This document shows positions 49,907 through 61,671 of a DNA stretch of 64,000 nucleotides, piece after piece (the first letter of the stretch is position 1; each line of letters begins with the position of its first letter). Origin of the DNA: Podarcis tiliguerta. Lineage: Eukaryota. A program made the translations under genes and the position numbers. The notes beneath the pieces are model-generated. The model was not told the DNA's origin. It did not search any database and worked only from the letters and a program-made list of their open reading frames with translations. The stretch lies in assembly GCA_965153285.1 (NCBI GenBank), contig OZ229117.1, one strand, 5' to 3'.

Positions 49907-50121
49907 GTTCATTGGGAGTGGGATCCGCCACAGCTTCACCCGCAACCTGACCTCTTACGCACCGGGCTTCTACTTTCCCTACTTCCTGCTGGTGGCGAGT
50001 GAGGCGGTAGCGCTCCTCTTCCTGTGCCTGACCGTGGACCACTTTGGACGCCGCGCCGCCCTCCTGCTCAGCACCATCCTGACGGGCGTTTCATCGCTGC
50101 TGCTACTGGCCTTGACTCAGT
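49907..50121 (+). CDS. SLC22A31: SLC22A31 exon 7, 215 bp
   Basis: FIGSGIRHSFTRNL..FYFPYFLLVASEAVALLFLCLTVDHFGRRAALLLSTILTGVSSLLLLALTQ; gtccag|..|gtaagc. Confidence 0.93.
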
Positions 50122-50394
50122 GTAAGCAGACAGTGATATGGGGGAGGTGTACCACAAGTTCCCAGAAGAGACCCCCACCCCACCCCTCCCAGGCTCTCTT
50201 CTCCTGGCTGGGTTTAGCAGCCACGAGCCATCCTCATCTGTGCACATGCACTTGCGCGAGTTACCCGCTAAGGCAGGGGTTGGGAGCCTTGGGCCTGGAG
50301 CTGTGTCCCTCCGAGCCTGTGTACCTGGCCCTGTTTTGACCCCTCCCCGCTCCCCAGTGTGTTTGCTTGGCTGGAACAGTTCGTTGACCTCTGA

Positions 50395-50754
<360 letters not shown>

Positions 50755-51789
50755 TGAGGTGTGTCTCCTCTCCCTGCATGTGCTGTGTAGGCACATGAGG
50801 CCTAGACTGTATACTGTAAGCCGTCCTGTGTTCCACTGATGAAGGGCGGTATAGAAATGTAATTATACTGATGAGGATGATGATAGACTGACAGGCTCAG
50901 ATCCCAGAGTGGGAGGGTGACTGCTGCATTATCTCGGCTGGGGATTGGGATGGGAGGAACAGGAGAGGCCCAATTTGCGCAGGTCTACCCCGATGAAAGG
51001 TCCTACCCAAATAACGGGTCCTGTGAACATTTAAATCCCTGGTTGCCACTGGGGAAGAAGTAGGTCTGTGGTAGAGCATCTGCTTTGCATGCAGGAGGTC
51101 ATATAAATACAGGAATCTGCCTTCTACGGAGTCTGACCATTAGTCCATCTGGCTGAGTGTTGTTTCAAGGGGTTCGTACCCCTGCTTGCTTTGCTTGCCA
51201 ACCATGCAAATCCTCCCAACAGGAGCAGTGTGATGACAACCTTACATTTTTATGTATATAGGAAGATATACTGTCAGCGGCAGATCTCTAAGATGTCATT
51301 GGGGTGGAATGTGGGAACTTCTGGATGCAAAGCAGCTGCTCTCTAGCACTGGGTGGGCCCCCTCCTGAAGCTCCAGTCATCATTCTCTGATGCTGGGTTG
51401 CAGGCCTGGTAAAAGCCTTCCTGGGCATGAGGCCACCCCGGGGAGAGGCTGCCAGCCAGAGTTTGACACTGATCTGACCTGGCGAAAGGCAGCTCCTTTG
51501 TGTGTTTCTCACACAGCCGCATTAGCCATTAAAAGGAGGAGTGGGCATCTGTTTTGTAACACAAAAAATGCTCAGTAAAAACTACATTTTTTTTTTTGAG
51601 GAGTGGGCTTGGGGGAGGGAGGAAGACTTTGGATGTGGCCCACAGGGTTAATCTGGTGGGGAGTCCCACTCTGTCCTTAGCTGCTGAGCTTGTGCCTCAT
51701 GTAGCCAGCCGGGACTTCCTCTCTTCTACCCCCCTCACCCTGCCCAGCACTTCTTGTTCCCAACGCTGCTGCCCTTTTCTCTTCTGCAG

Positions 51790-52219
51790 GGGTGCTGGGC
51801 TGGGCCTCATCCTGGCTGCTGGCTTGGTGGGCCAGGCCACAACTCCACTCATGGAGATCCACAACAGCCATGGCTTCTTCCTCCACCATGTGATCTTCGC
51901 CTCCTTCGCCATCCTGTCAGTGCTTAGCATCATGCTGCTCCCGGAGAGCACCAGCAGGCCCCTGCCGGACTCTCTGCGGGACGGGGAGAGTCAGCACCGG
52001 CCCCCGCTCTTCCGCTCCAGTCAGCGCCAGCGCCACAAGGACCACCTGCCGCTGCTCTCCACCCGCTCCACAGCTGGCCCCTACGACCCCGACAGCTACG
52101 CCCGCCTCGTCTCAGCCACCAAGAAGATGCTGGGCTCCCACCATGGAGCCAGCTCTGGGCAAACAAGACCGCTGCTCCCGGTGCGCTCCCGGAACAACAG
52201 CACTCTGGAAGGGATGTAG
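51790..52219 (+). CDS. SLC22A31: SLC22A31 last coding exon, 430 bp to TAG
   Basis: GAGLGLILAAGLVGQATTPLMEIHNSHGFFLHHVIFASFAILSVLSIMLLPES..LEGM*; the nine exons sum to 1800 nt. Confidence 0.92.
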
Positions 52220-52533
52220 AGGCCTGCTGGCCACTGGACTGCATGCCTTGGGGCAGCGAGGAGGGTGTTTAAGTCCGTCCGTCCCCCCGGTTGAAGGACT
52301 GCACCATGTTCCTAAAAACTGGAGTGAGGCTGTGAGCACAGAGGGCGGCTGGCCGTCATACGAGATCATCTGCCTCTTGCCCCCCAGACGTTTGGGGCTA
52401 GTATGGGAGTTGTAGTCCAAAACACCTGGAGGGCACCAGCTTTTTGGACTCACCTCTCTCTGTCTCGCAGGGAAAGAGCCGCTGCAGCCCTACCCTCAGT
52501 GCCTTATAGACTCTGCTGCCTCCAAGTACGTCT

Positions 52534-52539
52534 AATAAA
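52534..52539 (+). terminator. Candidate SLC22A31 poly(A) signal
   Basis: First AATAAA I find after the stop codon (315 nt downstream). Confidence 0.7.
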
Positions 52540-52577
52540 AAACTGTGTGACACCTTTGTAGCTCCATCTTCAACTGC

Positions 52578-52583
52578 TTTATT
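52578..52583 (-). terminator. Candidate CDH15 poly(A) signal
   Basis: TTTATT on + = AATAAA on -, the first I find after the CDH15 stop (about 685 nt downstream). Confidence 0.7.
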
Positions 52584-53267
52584 TCCAGCTGCCCTCCCTT
52601 CCTCCTCTCACTGCTCCAAAGCATCCTGGATCTCTTTCTTAAGGCGTGCAGCTGGGGCCCAGCAAAGTGTCTTGAGTCTTCTGCCTTAGCCTGCTCAGGA
52701 AGGGGTGTGGGGGGTCCAGAGCCCTCATCTAGCCCAGTGGAGGTCCCTTCATCCGGGGGCTCTTCTCCCCCCCTACCCAATTTTCCCAACCTAGGTTGTT
52801 GTCATCATCTGGCTCCACCCACTTTCCTGCTGGGTGCTCAGAGCCTTGGGTGAGAATGGCCAGTGGGCCTATAGCAAAGGGCCCTCATCCCTATCTATGC
52901 CTGGGACTCTGGGACTGGCATTGCCTTCCCTCCCTGCTTTGGGCTGGCTCTTCCCAGGAAATGGTGCTGCCTTCCTGGAGCACCTGAGTTTAAGGGTCGC
53001 TGAGCCCCTCCTTCCCCACAGTGGGCAGTGGTTATTATCTGCAAGGCTGCCTGGGGAAGTAGGTGGCATAACAGGAAGTGACCCCCATAACTGCAGCAGC
53101 AGCTGCTGAGAAGAGGGGGGTTTGCTGGCAGTGGGGCCAGCCAAAGACCAAGAGGATAACTGGGCTGCATGGTCTCTGTCCACAGCTGGCAGAGTCCAGC
53201 ACATACTTGGCTGTTGGAACTGCTTCTCCTCTCCCCTTCCCGCCCCCCATTCTTCCCCCTACCCCCA

Positions 53268-53465
53268 CTATTGACCGTACAGCTCTGCCAGGCGCCGGAA
53301 TCGTGGGCCCCATTCGTTGAGATAGTCGTAATCCTGGTCTTCGTCAGCCAAGCTGGAGAGGATGGAGCTGAGCGAGCCGCCGGCCGAGCCTTCACCCTCA
53401 TAGTCGTAGATGAGAGCCGTGTCATACGGGGGCACGCTGGGGTCACTGTCGGCCGCCTCCAGGCC
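53268..53465 (-). CDS. CDH15: CDH15 last coding exon, 198 bp (beta-catenin-binding tail)
   Basis: [65 protein letters not shown]. Confidence 0.95.
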   Translation of the reverse strand, partial: GLEAADSDPSVPPYDTALIYDYEGEGSAGGSLSSILSSLADEDQDYDYLNEWGPRFRRLAELYGQ

Positions 53466-53980
53466 CTGCAGGGGGAGGAGAGGCAGGGGAGCTCAGCAGA
53501 GGACTACCAAGACAAACCACATCCTAAGGACCCTCTCCCCTTAACTGAGACTGGGGACAAGCGGGAAATACAATTTTTAAATGAATAAAATAAGATTTAA
53601 AAGTTCTAGTTGCAGCCCCCATGGAGCCAAAAGGGCAAGCCTGCATTAAGGGCTAGCTACTTGCCAGGCCTCCTTTTTCCTAGCCATTACCTCTTGCTCC
53701 GCAAGGGTAGGATGCCTACAGCTCTGCAGCAATTGCTGGACTCCCAATTCCCAGCACAGCCAGAGGCCAAGGATGATGGGAGCCAGGAATTCGGCAACAT
53801 CTACCATTTGCCAGGTTCCCCACTCCTGCTTCTTCAGGCCCTGCAGCTTCTTGATAACTTGTGCCAGCACCGAACTGAGAAGGGGGTAGCTCCCTCAGGG
53901 AGGGTTCCCCCCCACCACTTCCAGCTCTGCCCCAATTGGCCTCTGCCATCCTCCCAGCCCCTGATGTGTCTCTTCAGTAC

Positions 53981-54145
53981 CTCATTGATGAAGTCCTCTA
54001 TGTCGGAAGGACAGGCAGGCAGCCGCCGAGGGTACTGAGGCAGGCCGTAGCTGTAGGGGGCGTCCCTCCGGTGCGGTGGCTTGCTCCGAAGAGATGGTGG
54101 GGGGAAGAGGTCGGGGTTCCGCAGCTGGTTGAGGTCGTAGGCATC
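53981..54145 (-). CDS. CDH15: CDH15 exon, 165 bp (cytoplasmic)
   Basis: DAYDLNQLRNPDLFPPPSLRSKPPHRRDAPYSYGLPQYPRRLPACPSDIEDFINE; tttcag|..|gtactg. Confidence 0.94.
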
Positions 54146-54615
54146 CTGAAAGGCAGGGTAGAGGGACCTTACAACCATGATGTGTGTGTGAGAGAGAGAG
54201 ACAAGGCTTCCTGGCCCTGCTGAGGCCTGGCAGATTAAGTAGGGGAGGATTCAAGTTGGGAGACCCCCAATCAAAAATGCATACAAAATCCTGTTCTCAC
54301 CATGGCCAATGGGAAACCTGTAAGGAGGACCCGAGTGTGACCTCACCTCTCGCCACCCATAATTCTTGGCCACTGGCATTCAGAGCCCTCCTGCCTCCAA
54401 CAGTGGAGTTACTACCAGCCGTTGTGGCTAGCAGTCATTGGCAGTCTCATTTTCCATGAATTTGTCTAGTCCTCTTTTAAAGCCAAACCCAATTGGAGAT
54501 CACTGCCTCTTGCGGAAGGGAGTTCCATAGTTCTTTAAGTCCATCATGGATTGTTCAGGCTGCCTTCTCTGCCGTGCTCTCCCACCCCACCCCCACATAT
54601 AATTTGGGGTCTCAC

Positions 54616-54752
54616 CTGGTCCTCTTCTCCGCCTCCTTGTTCGTTGTAGTTGACGATGTTGTCCCTCAAGTCATCCTGAGAGCTCCCCAGGAGACCCTTG
54701 TGGAAGGCCTGACGGCGGGAATGCTCCAGCGCAGCCACCAGCAAGGCCAGGA
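54616..54752 (-). CDS. CDH15: CDH15 exon, 137 bp (end of TM, p120-binding juxtamembrane region)
   Basis: LALLVAALEHSRRQAFHKGLLGSSQDDLRDNIVNYNEQGGGEEDQ; ttgcag|..|gtgaga. Confidence 0.94.
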
Positions 54753-54792
54753 CTGCAAGCAGAGAGGGAAAGGTTAAAAGCAGCAGGAGCCG

Positions 54793-54840
<48 letters not shown>
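54793..54840. repeat. (TG)n microsatellite, (CA)n on the CDH15 sense strand
   Basis: Direct inspection. Confidence 0.95.
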
Positions 54841-54842
<2 letters not shown>

Positions 54843-55496
54843 GTAGAGCATCAAAACATGTCCTTTCCCCAGCCTCCTGCAAATAGGAATGAGCAAATAT
54901 CTCAATTCTGGTTTCTCTCAGTTTCTCATTTTTGTCCAATCCTAAATTCAATTCTCCATATTAGTTTGCTTTTTTTCTTTTAAAGTCCTCATGGAATTTT
55001 TTCAGCAGTTTTGCGAGAATTTCTCCTCATATGCACACCATTATGCATTTTTTCCTAATATGGGGGGTGGGCTTGCACAACAATTTTCCTTAACATATCA
55101 CATTTTTGGATGGATGGATAGATTACAGTAGAAAATCTATGCAGTGTGAGAAAAGTAATAATTAGTACTCAAAAGGCCAGTGGAAGCAGAAACGCTTCTC
55201 CCCATTTTTGGAGGAGCAGCAGGAAGGACTTGATGAAAAGCTCCAGAGCAGGGGCCCAAGTTCCTTCCCAAAAGGCCTTGCTATATGTGGTGGCTGCCCG
55301 GGCCTCTGCACAGCATGACACGCAGCTCCTACTCATGAGCAAGTAAGAGACGCAAGAAGCCTGCTCTAACATTGTACCAGGCCGGCCCTACCATTAGGTT
55401 GAGCTTGAGGGACTGAACCACATTAGACATGCCCCAGCATAATGCCCTTTTAGGAACAGGTCCTGAATCTCATGCCAGAAGGTGTGTTGCACTTAC

Positions 55497-55736
55497 GCAG
55501 GAGCAGGATGGTGCAGCTCAGGATGATCATCAAGGCCCCGAAACTCAGGCCTGCCACAGCACCCACCACAGCAGCAACGTGAGCCTGGCAGGAACCCCAC
55601 TTGTCACAGGCGCACACAGAGACATTCAGGAGCTGCTCTCGCACCTGTGGCGGTGTCCCTGAGTCACTGATGAGCAGCGGCAGGACGTGGAGCCCTATGT
55701 CCACTTCTCCTTCAGTCTGCAGCAGCGCATGGGTGT
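55497..55736 (-). CDS. CDH15: CDH15 exon, 240 bp (EC5 end and TM)
   Basis: DTHALLQTEGEVDIGLHVLPLLISDSGTPPQVREQLLNVSVCACDKWGSCQ..GLSFGALMIILSCTILLL; ttacag|..|gtaagt. Confidence 0.94.
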
Positions 55737-56212
55737 CTGTAACAGATGGGGGAGTTTCAGGGAGGAGGATGGAGCAAGCAGGCGCCTGCCTGTGTCTATT
55801 CTTCTGCACCCCCCCTCCCATAATGCTTTCTGTTACCCTTGCAGGAAGACCAATCCAAATGGATCTGGGGAGTCCCAGGACAAGGTGTCCACCGGCTGGC
55901 TTGTTTGGGGGCAGCAGCAATGGCAGAAACAGCCGCACTGAGGGACAGGCAGTGCCAGGAAGCTGAGCCTAGCTGCCACTTTAATTTCCCACAATACCTT
56001 GGAGTGATATTGAAGGAAATTAAAATAGTGGCTGGACTTTGTGGTCCAGCCTTGCTCAGAGAGCCAGGTCAATGTATTTTTTTTTTAAGGTGGGGTACTC
56101 AGGCCCCTTGGAATTGAGTGGGAATGCCAAACGCTGATGCCATCCCTGGTTGAATCTCTTTCCCACCCTCTGCTAAATGTAGGGGTGCTGATTCCCACCA
56201 GGTCAAGGTTAC

Positions 56213-56431
56213 CATTGATGTGTCCGAGAGTCCAATTCTGAGCCATGTCAGGGCTGAGGCGAAAGTGGAAGGGCTCAGCATGGGGAGCCAGGTCGTCGTC
56301 AGTGGCACTCAGCACCAGGCGTCCGCCCTGGCTGCATAGCTCGCTAGTCACCGGAAGCAGAAGAGGAGCATGGTCATTGACTTCCAGCACCTCAATGGAC
56401 AGGGTCCCCGTAGCTGTCAGGGACGGGTTTC
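56213..56431 (-). CDS. CDH15: CDH15 exon, 219 bp (EC4-EC5)
   Basis: GNPSLTATGTLSIEVLEVNDHAP..LSATDDDLAPHAEPFHFRLSPDMAQNWTLGHIN; tttag|..|gtaacc. Confidence 0.94.
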
Positions 56432-57283
56432 CTAAACAAAAGGCAGGAGAATGTAGATGCATTCCTAAGGCATAGCTTTAATTGTGCCTATTGCCGGCCC
56501 TAACAATAAGCAGTGTGGTTGCAGGCTGTTCTTCCTGAGCCCCTTGCAATTCCCTCTGGTTGGAGGCTAGAGCTCTCTGTTGCATGTGGCTTGTCCTAAA
56601 GTTACTTGTCCCACAGTCCCTAAACTAGCTTGCTGCCTTCAGATGCGTATGATGCTACCCTGTTGGCAGCAGATCCAACTACCAGCCCAGTCACCTCCTG
56701 TGCATGGAAAGGCAGAGGAGACATCTTGGCCACCTCCATCAGCAAAATGTCTTGGCTTTGCCCTGTCACTGACTATTACCTTGGAAAGAATAGAACTTCC
56801 ATGTGGAGGGGAAATCTATATCTGATTACCAGAGGCTTTGTGGCAAATAAGGGATAGCTAAATTTCTTGCAAACTCTCCCAAGGGCATCTTCTGGCTACT
56901 GGTGGAGCCAGACTTTTTTCTATGATCCAATATACCCTTCTGAGACTCTCTAAAGGCAGCTTCAGATGCAGTATTTTGCAGGGGGTATTCAAGCACCTAT
57001 CATAACATTTGATTTGTGCACTTAAAGGCCTCTGCTGCCCCAGTGTAACAAAACATCCATTATAAACAACAGCCTTCGGCTCTGCTGCTTGAAAAGCGAC
57101 GAGGAAATGCATTGAAAAGTGTGGGAACGAATGAGTGACACTAACTGAAAGATGTGTAGATGCTCTGCAAGCGACATGATCTCCACGCTGGCTGTTTTGC
57201 AGTGATTTCCTGCCCCTGTTACAGTGACCTTCTAGCCATGGGCTTGTTCCTGTCCTCTCCCACTCTCTGCCCGACCTTCTCAC

Positions 57284-57423
57284 CATTATCGCTGGCCAGG
57301 ATCTGCAAGGTGTACCAGCCGCCTGGGAATGTTGAGCGTGGGGGAACCGTCTGTCGTGTCTGCACCAGGCTGGAGTCAGGGTCCACTTGCAGCCAGCTGG
57401 CCAGGTCAGAGGCCTGGAAGTAC
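57284..57423 (-). CDS. CDH15: CDH15 exon, 140 bp (EC4)
   Basis: YFQASDLASWLQVDPDSSLVQTRQTVPPRSTFPGGWYTLQILASDN; cgcag|..|gtgaga. Confidence 0.92.
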
Positions 57424-57458
57424 CTGCGGATGCAGGTCAGAGAAAGAGATGCTAATAT

Positions 57459-57491
<33 letters not shown>
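57459..57491. repeat. (TG)n microsatellite, (CA)n on the CDH15 sense strand
   Basis: Direct inspection. Confidence 0.9.
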
Positions 57492-58093
57492 ATTCATGAA
57501 CAGCATTCCCTTTCCTAGAGGCAAAGTCACACTCGCCAGGATGTCACACACATCTGGGAGGCAAATTGGGCTTGTGTGGTGGTGGAGGCGCTTTGCAGAG
57601 GCTCATACAAAACACCGTCATGACAACTATTCTCTCCCCTGACTGCTGGAGGCTGTATGCCTTGAATACCAGTCGCTGGGAATCACAGTGGGGAAGAATG
57701 CTGTTGCACTCAGGTTTTGCTTGTGGGTATCCTATAGACATCTAGTTGGGCACTGTGTGAGCAGGATGCTGGACTAAATAGGCGTTTGACCTGATCCAGC
57801 AGGACTTTTCTTCTGTTTCTGCAAGTTGGTACGTTTTTCTTCTCAGCCATAAAGGCTAGAGACTTATTTAAAACAAAAAGGGGAACAGGAGCTGCAGTTC
57901 TTGCGGCGCTTAGTTTTATGCCAGGCACCAAGCCATGCCTTTGGTCTGCAGCTCTGGAAGGGCAGAATCCCACCAAGCCCTGCCAGGGGGTTTTCTGCTC
58001 CCTTCCTCCTTAAAATCACCCACCTGCTCCCAATGCAGGCTAACCTGGAGTATCTCCTTGGACGGTAGCCTGAAGCCCTCTGGCCCAGCTCAC

Positions 58094-58347
58094 CTGAGTT
58101 GCTGCCCTTGCTGGGTGTCTGGGTCACTGGCACGGTAGAGGGTTATCTCTGTGCCAGGGGGCGCACCTTCATTCACACTTCCCCTCCAGGGATTCTCCCG
58201 GAAGAAGGGGGCTTCATTGGCATCGAGCACATTCACTCGCACTGTGGTCAAGGCCCTGGCAGCCTTTGGGGCAGACAGCTCCAGGGGACTTTGGTTCTGG
58301 ACAGAGACAAGCAGTTCAAACCGGTCCCGTTCTTCATGGTTGAGGGC
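58094..58347 (-). CDS. CDH15: CDH15 exon, 254 bp (EC3-EC4)
   Basis: ALNHEERDRFELLVSVQNQSPL..VLDANEAPFF..YRASDPDTQQGQQL; gtcag|..|gtgagc. Confidence 0.94.
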
Positions 58348-58922
58348 CTGACGATAGGGAAAGAGAGTTGGTGAAGCCGTGGTTAGTGGCATGGGACCCT
58401 TTTGTTCCCATTGTTGCAAATCCCTCAAACAGGGCCAGCATTCCTGCTTCCCAGCCTTTTCTCTGTCCGCTCTGTTTTGAGCTTCAACCAGCTATTGATA
58501 GCTAAAGCAGGAGTTGCAAGAACTCAAATCCACTTTGCGTATTGTGGCTTCTGGCCCCAGAATCCTGCTCCCTTCATCCAGGAGGACTGGCGACTGGTTG
58601 TGGCTATCCTGTGCTGATGCACCTGCCCTTAGCGCATGGTGAGAGGTACTCTTCTTATCATGACCTTGCTTGTTTAAAGTTTGGGATTGTGTGTCTTTAT
58701 TTAAACTCTACAAAGACAGCTAGCCTATAAATCCCTCTCCCCTCAAAGTCCATAGCCCAGGCCTCATATTTAGGGAATGGGGGAGGCTATGGCTACACAT
58801 GGTGAGCGGAACGCCCTCTGTGCATGCTCATTAGCACCCAGTGCTTTGGCCATTGTTCCCAGGTTGAACCCGGTGCTCCAAACAGGCTCCAGGGATGGGT
58901 CCAGCTGAATGCCATTCCTTAC

Positions 58923-59108
58923 CTTCACCAGGGAGATGACGCCATCGTTGGTGAGGGGGTCGGTGTGGATGGCGAAAGCCCCGTTGGGGTCCCCCTCCAG
59001 AATGGTGAACTTAGCCAACCAGTTGGGAGAACCAGGGAGGTCCTTGTCTTGGACCAGCACTCGCCCAATGACCACGCCTTGCTTGTTCTCAGGGGCCTCC
59101 ATGGAGAA
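58923..59108 (-). CDS. CDH15: CDH15 exon, 186 bp (EC3)
   Basis: FSMEAPENKQGVVIGRVLVQDKDLPGSPNWLAKFTILEGDPNGAFAIHTDPLTNDGVISLVK; tgcag|..|gtaagg. Confidence 0.95.
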
Positions 59109-59369
59109 CTGCAAGAGAAGGGGGGCGGGGAGTTATTCAGTACTTTGGCCTGGCTAGATCTGCCAGTGCACACTTTGCAAGGCACAGTCTTCCCCTTCTT
59201 CCTGGCTTTTGAGGGAGAACTGGAGAAGGGGCAGAACTGTGTGTGACATCTTGAACTCTTTGTGGGGGAAGCGTTGGGAATAAACAAGAATGATAAATAG
59301 CAATTAGATGCTGCCGGCAGGAGCAGCCTGTGTGCTATGGCCCACACTTGATGCGTTTTGTGGGCTGCA

Positions 59370-59665
59370 CCGAGGGCTTTCTGGCAGTTCCCTCGCTACG
59401 AGAAGCCAAGTTACAGGGAACCAGGCAGAGGGCCTTCTCGGTAGTGGCACCCGCCCTGTAGAATGCCCTCCCACCAGATGTCGAAGAGAAAAATAACTAC
59501 CAAACTTTTAGAAGACATCTGAAGGTTGCCCTGTTTAGGGAAGCTTTTAATGTTTAATAGGTTATTGTGTTTTAGTGTTCTGTTGGAAGACTCCCAGAGT
59601 GGCTGGGGAAACCCAGCCAGATGGGCAGGGTATAAAAAATAAAGAAGAATAAATATAATTATTAG
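59370..59665 (+). mobile_element. L2 LINE 3' end
   Basis: GAGGGCCTTCTCGGTAGTGGCACCCGCCCTG..AATGCCCTCCC..CTGTTTAGGGAAGCTTTTAA..CCCAGAGTGGCTGGGG..GATGGGCAGGGTATAAA plus A-rich tail. Confidence 0.75.
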
Positions 59666-59912
59666 TATCGGCATGGATCACCTCCTGCTTCACAATTGGA
59701 GTAGGTTTTGTTGCTGTTGTTATTATGCAGGAGATATTGGAGAGGCCAAACAAAGCCCTGCTCCACTGTGCTCTCAAGCCCCTAACTCCATTCAAATGGA
59801 GCAGAAGGAACTTCCAGCCACACCAGCTGGATAAAGAACCCAGCCAGGGTCCCTTATAGTCTCCTCTCCTGCCAGTTCTGCCTCCTCAGTGGGTGGGGGG
59901 TGGGCTCCCCAC

Positions 59913-60041
59913 CTCTTTCTCCGTGAACTCGGGCGGGTTATCATTGATGTCATCCACGTAGATAACGGCTGTGGCGGTGGTGGCCAGACCCTCTCCGGAC
60001 ATATCTGCCACTTGGAGTGTCAAGTTGTAAATGCCGACGAC
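59913..60041 (-). CDS. CDH15: CDH15 exon, 129 bp (EC2)
   Basis: [43 protein letters not shown]; cgcag|..|gtgggg. Confidence 0.95.
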
Positions 60042-60609
60042 CTGCGTGGAGAGGAGCAGAGGTAGGTGACGGTGTGGGGAAGAGGGTACGAGCCAGAGAG
60101 GGAAGCATACAGTTCACACGGTTCTAGGATCTGCCTATTCCTCCCTGGGTTCCATACCTACAATGCCTTTCGGAAAGTTGTTTGCAGTTCTCTAAACGTT
60201 TGGACACCCCTTAAGATGCTGTAACCAAATTGCATGGCGGTTCCTGAGCTTGAGTAGCAGATTTTTTAAAAAATCTATATTTGGATACATCTGGGCATCA
60301 TTCTGAATCAAGATGGTGGAGCGAAACTTTAAAAATTCCACTGATTGAAACCCCGATTTCAAAACTGCACTGATTTTTGCTGTTGTTTCTTAGAATTATT
60401 CAGCAATGCTGGGTGTGAGGCTACTAGTGTCAGATAAGTTTAAAAACCTGGTTTTCTGTCCCACCTTTCTTTTCAAAAGATGGTAGGTCAAAGCTTATCT
60501 GTACTGTACTGGATTTTTGCAAATAAAATAAAGTAAAATTTTGGTGTATTTTTAGAATACTGCAAATCATTTCGTGCCATTTCGCTCTTTCAAGTATAGT
60601 TTTGAGATG

Positions 60610-60644
<35 letters not shown>
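60610..60644. repeat. (TG)n microsatellite
   Basis: Direct inspection. Confidence 0.95.
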
Positions 60645-60645
<1 letters not shown>

Positions 60646-60965
60646 CACTATTAAAAATAATTCAGGGCAATAATGTTACAGCATTAATGTGCTGCATTCA
60701 AAATGATTGCCCCCGTTTTTTCAAAAACATCTCAGCCCAATAGCTTTCAAAATTGGGAATGTCGTAACAAAATAGACCCTAAGGATTCAAAGGATCAAAG
60801 TTTGTGTGCAGATTCAAATAAGAAATAATGTTTCATCCCAGATTTCCACTGGTTTCATTCTTTGGTGCAGCATACAGTCCACTCTGCTCTTTGGCGCCTA
60901 CTGACTGGTCACCCACGACTGCATTCCACCCTCAAGCTCTGAGACAAACATTGACAGGCTTGTAC

Positions 60966-61126
60966 CTCCCGGTCAAACCCAGCTCGGGCTGTTTGAATTT
61001 CCCCTGATAGCTCGTCAATGGTGAAGACGTCTCCCATCTCTGGTCCCAGGATGGAATATCTCAATGCGGCGTTGTCTGTCTCAGGGTCGTCTGCGTCTGT
61101 GGCTTCTACTGTCATCACGTAGGTAC
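60966..61126 (-). CDS. CDH15: CDH15 exon, 161 bp (EC2)
   Basis: GTYVMTVEATDADDPETDNAALRYSILGPEMGDVFTIDELSGEIQTARAGFDRE; tctcag|..|gtacaa. Confidence 0.95.
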
Positions 61127-61202
61127 CTGAGAAGGAACAGAGATGCCTTATTCCACCAGGACAATCTATTTTCCCATCTAGCCTATCTAAAACTCTTGAA
61201 GG

Positions 61203-61671
61203 GTTTTTTTTTATATATAAATATTTTTATTGGTTTTAATTATAACAAACAGCATATACAGCAAACATTAAAAAAGTTTATACCATCAATACAATATCGA
61301 AATGTGGGATTTCTCCAATCCCTTGACTTCCCTCTACCCTCTCCGTGGTTCAATTATATTTATTGTTAATTCATGCATGTCCAAATAATATTTTCTATCT
61401 GTATGTATCTAGTTCGATCTGTTATCATAATACTGCAAATGTTTTTTAGAATCCTGCTGATGTATCAACTTGTATATAATGCTTTGACATATAAGCAATA
61501 AAAATTTCCCATTCATTTTAAAATTTGTTATTGTCTTGATTTCTGAGTCTTCCTGTTAATTTAGCCATCTCAGCATATTCCATTAACTTAATTTGCCAAT
61601 CTTTTTCCGTGGGAGTTTTTTCCTCTTTCCAGTTTTGGGCTATCAATATTCATGCAGCCGTTGTCGCCTAC
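61203..61671 (-). mobile_element. 5'-truncated L1 LINE with 13-bp target-site duplication
   Basis: AAACTCTTGAAGG (61190-61202)/AAACTCTCGAAGG (61672-61684); poly(T) at left; minus strand reads ATTAA*ILIAQNWKEEKTPTEKDWQIKLMEYAEMAKLT..EWEIFIAYM, like an L1 ORF2 C-terminus. Confidence 0.82.

Noticed and set aside
54860-55140. AT-rich blocks resembling an old dispersed repeat (also ~43470-43720, ~60290-60850)
   Set aside because: I could not define TIRs, TSDs or a family by eye, so they are not annotated.
60651-60660. MEF2-like site TTAAAAATAA in a CDH15 intron
   Set aside because: Lies in AT-rich, repeat-like sequence beside a microsatellite; expected by chance without conservation data.
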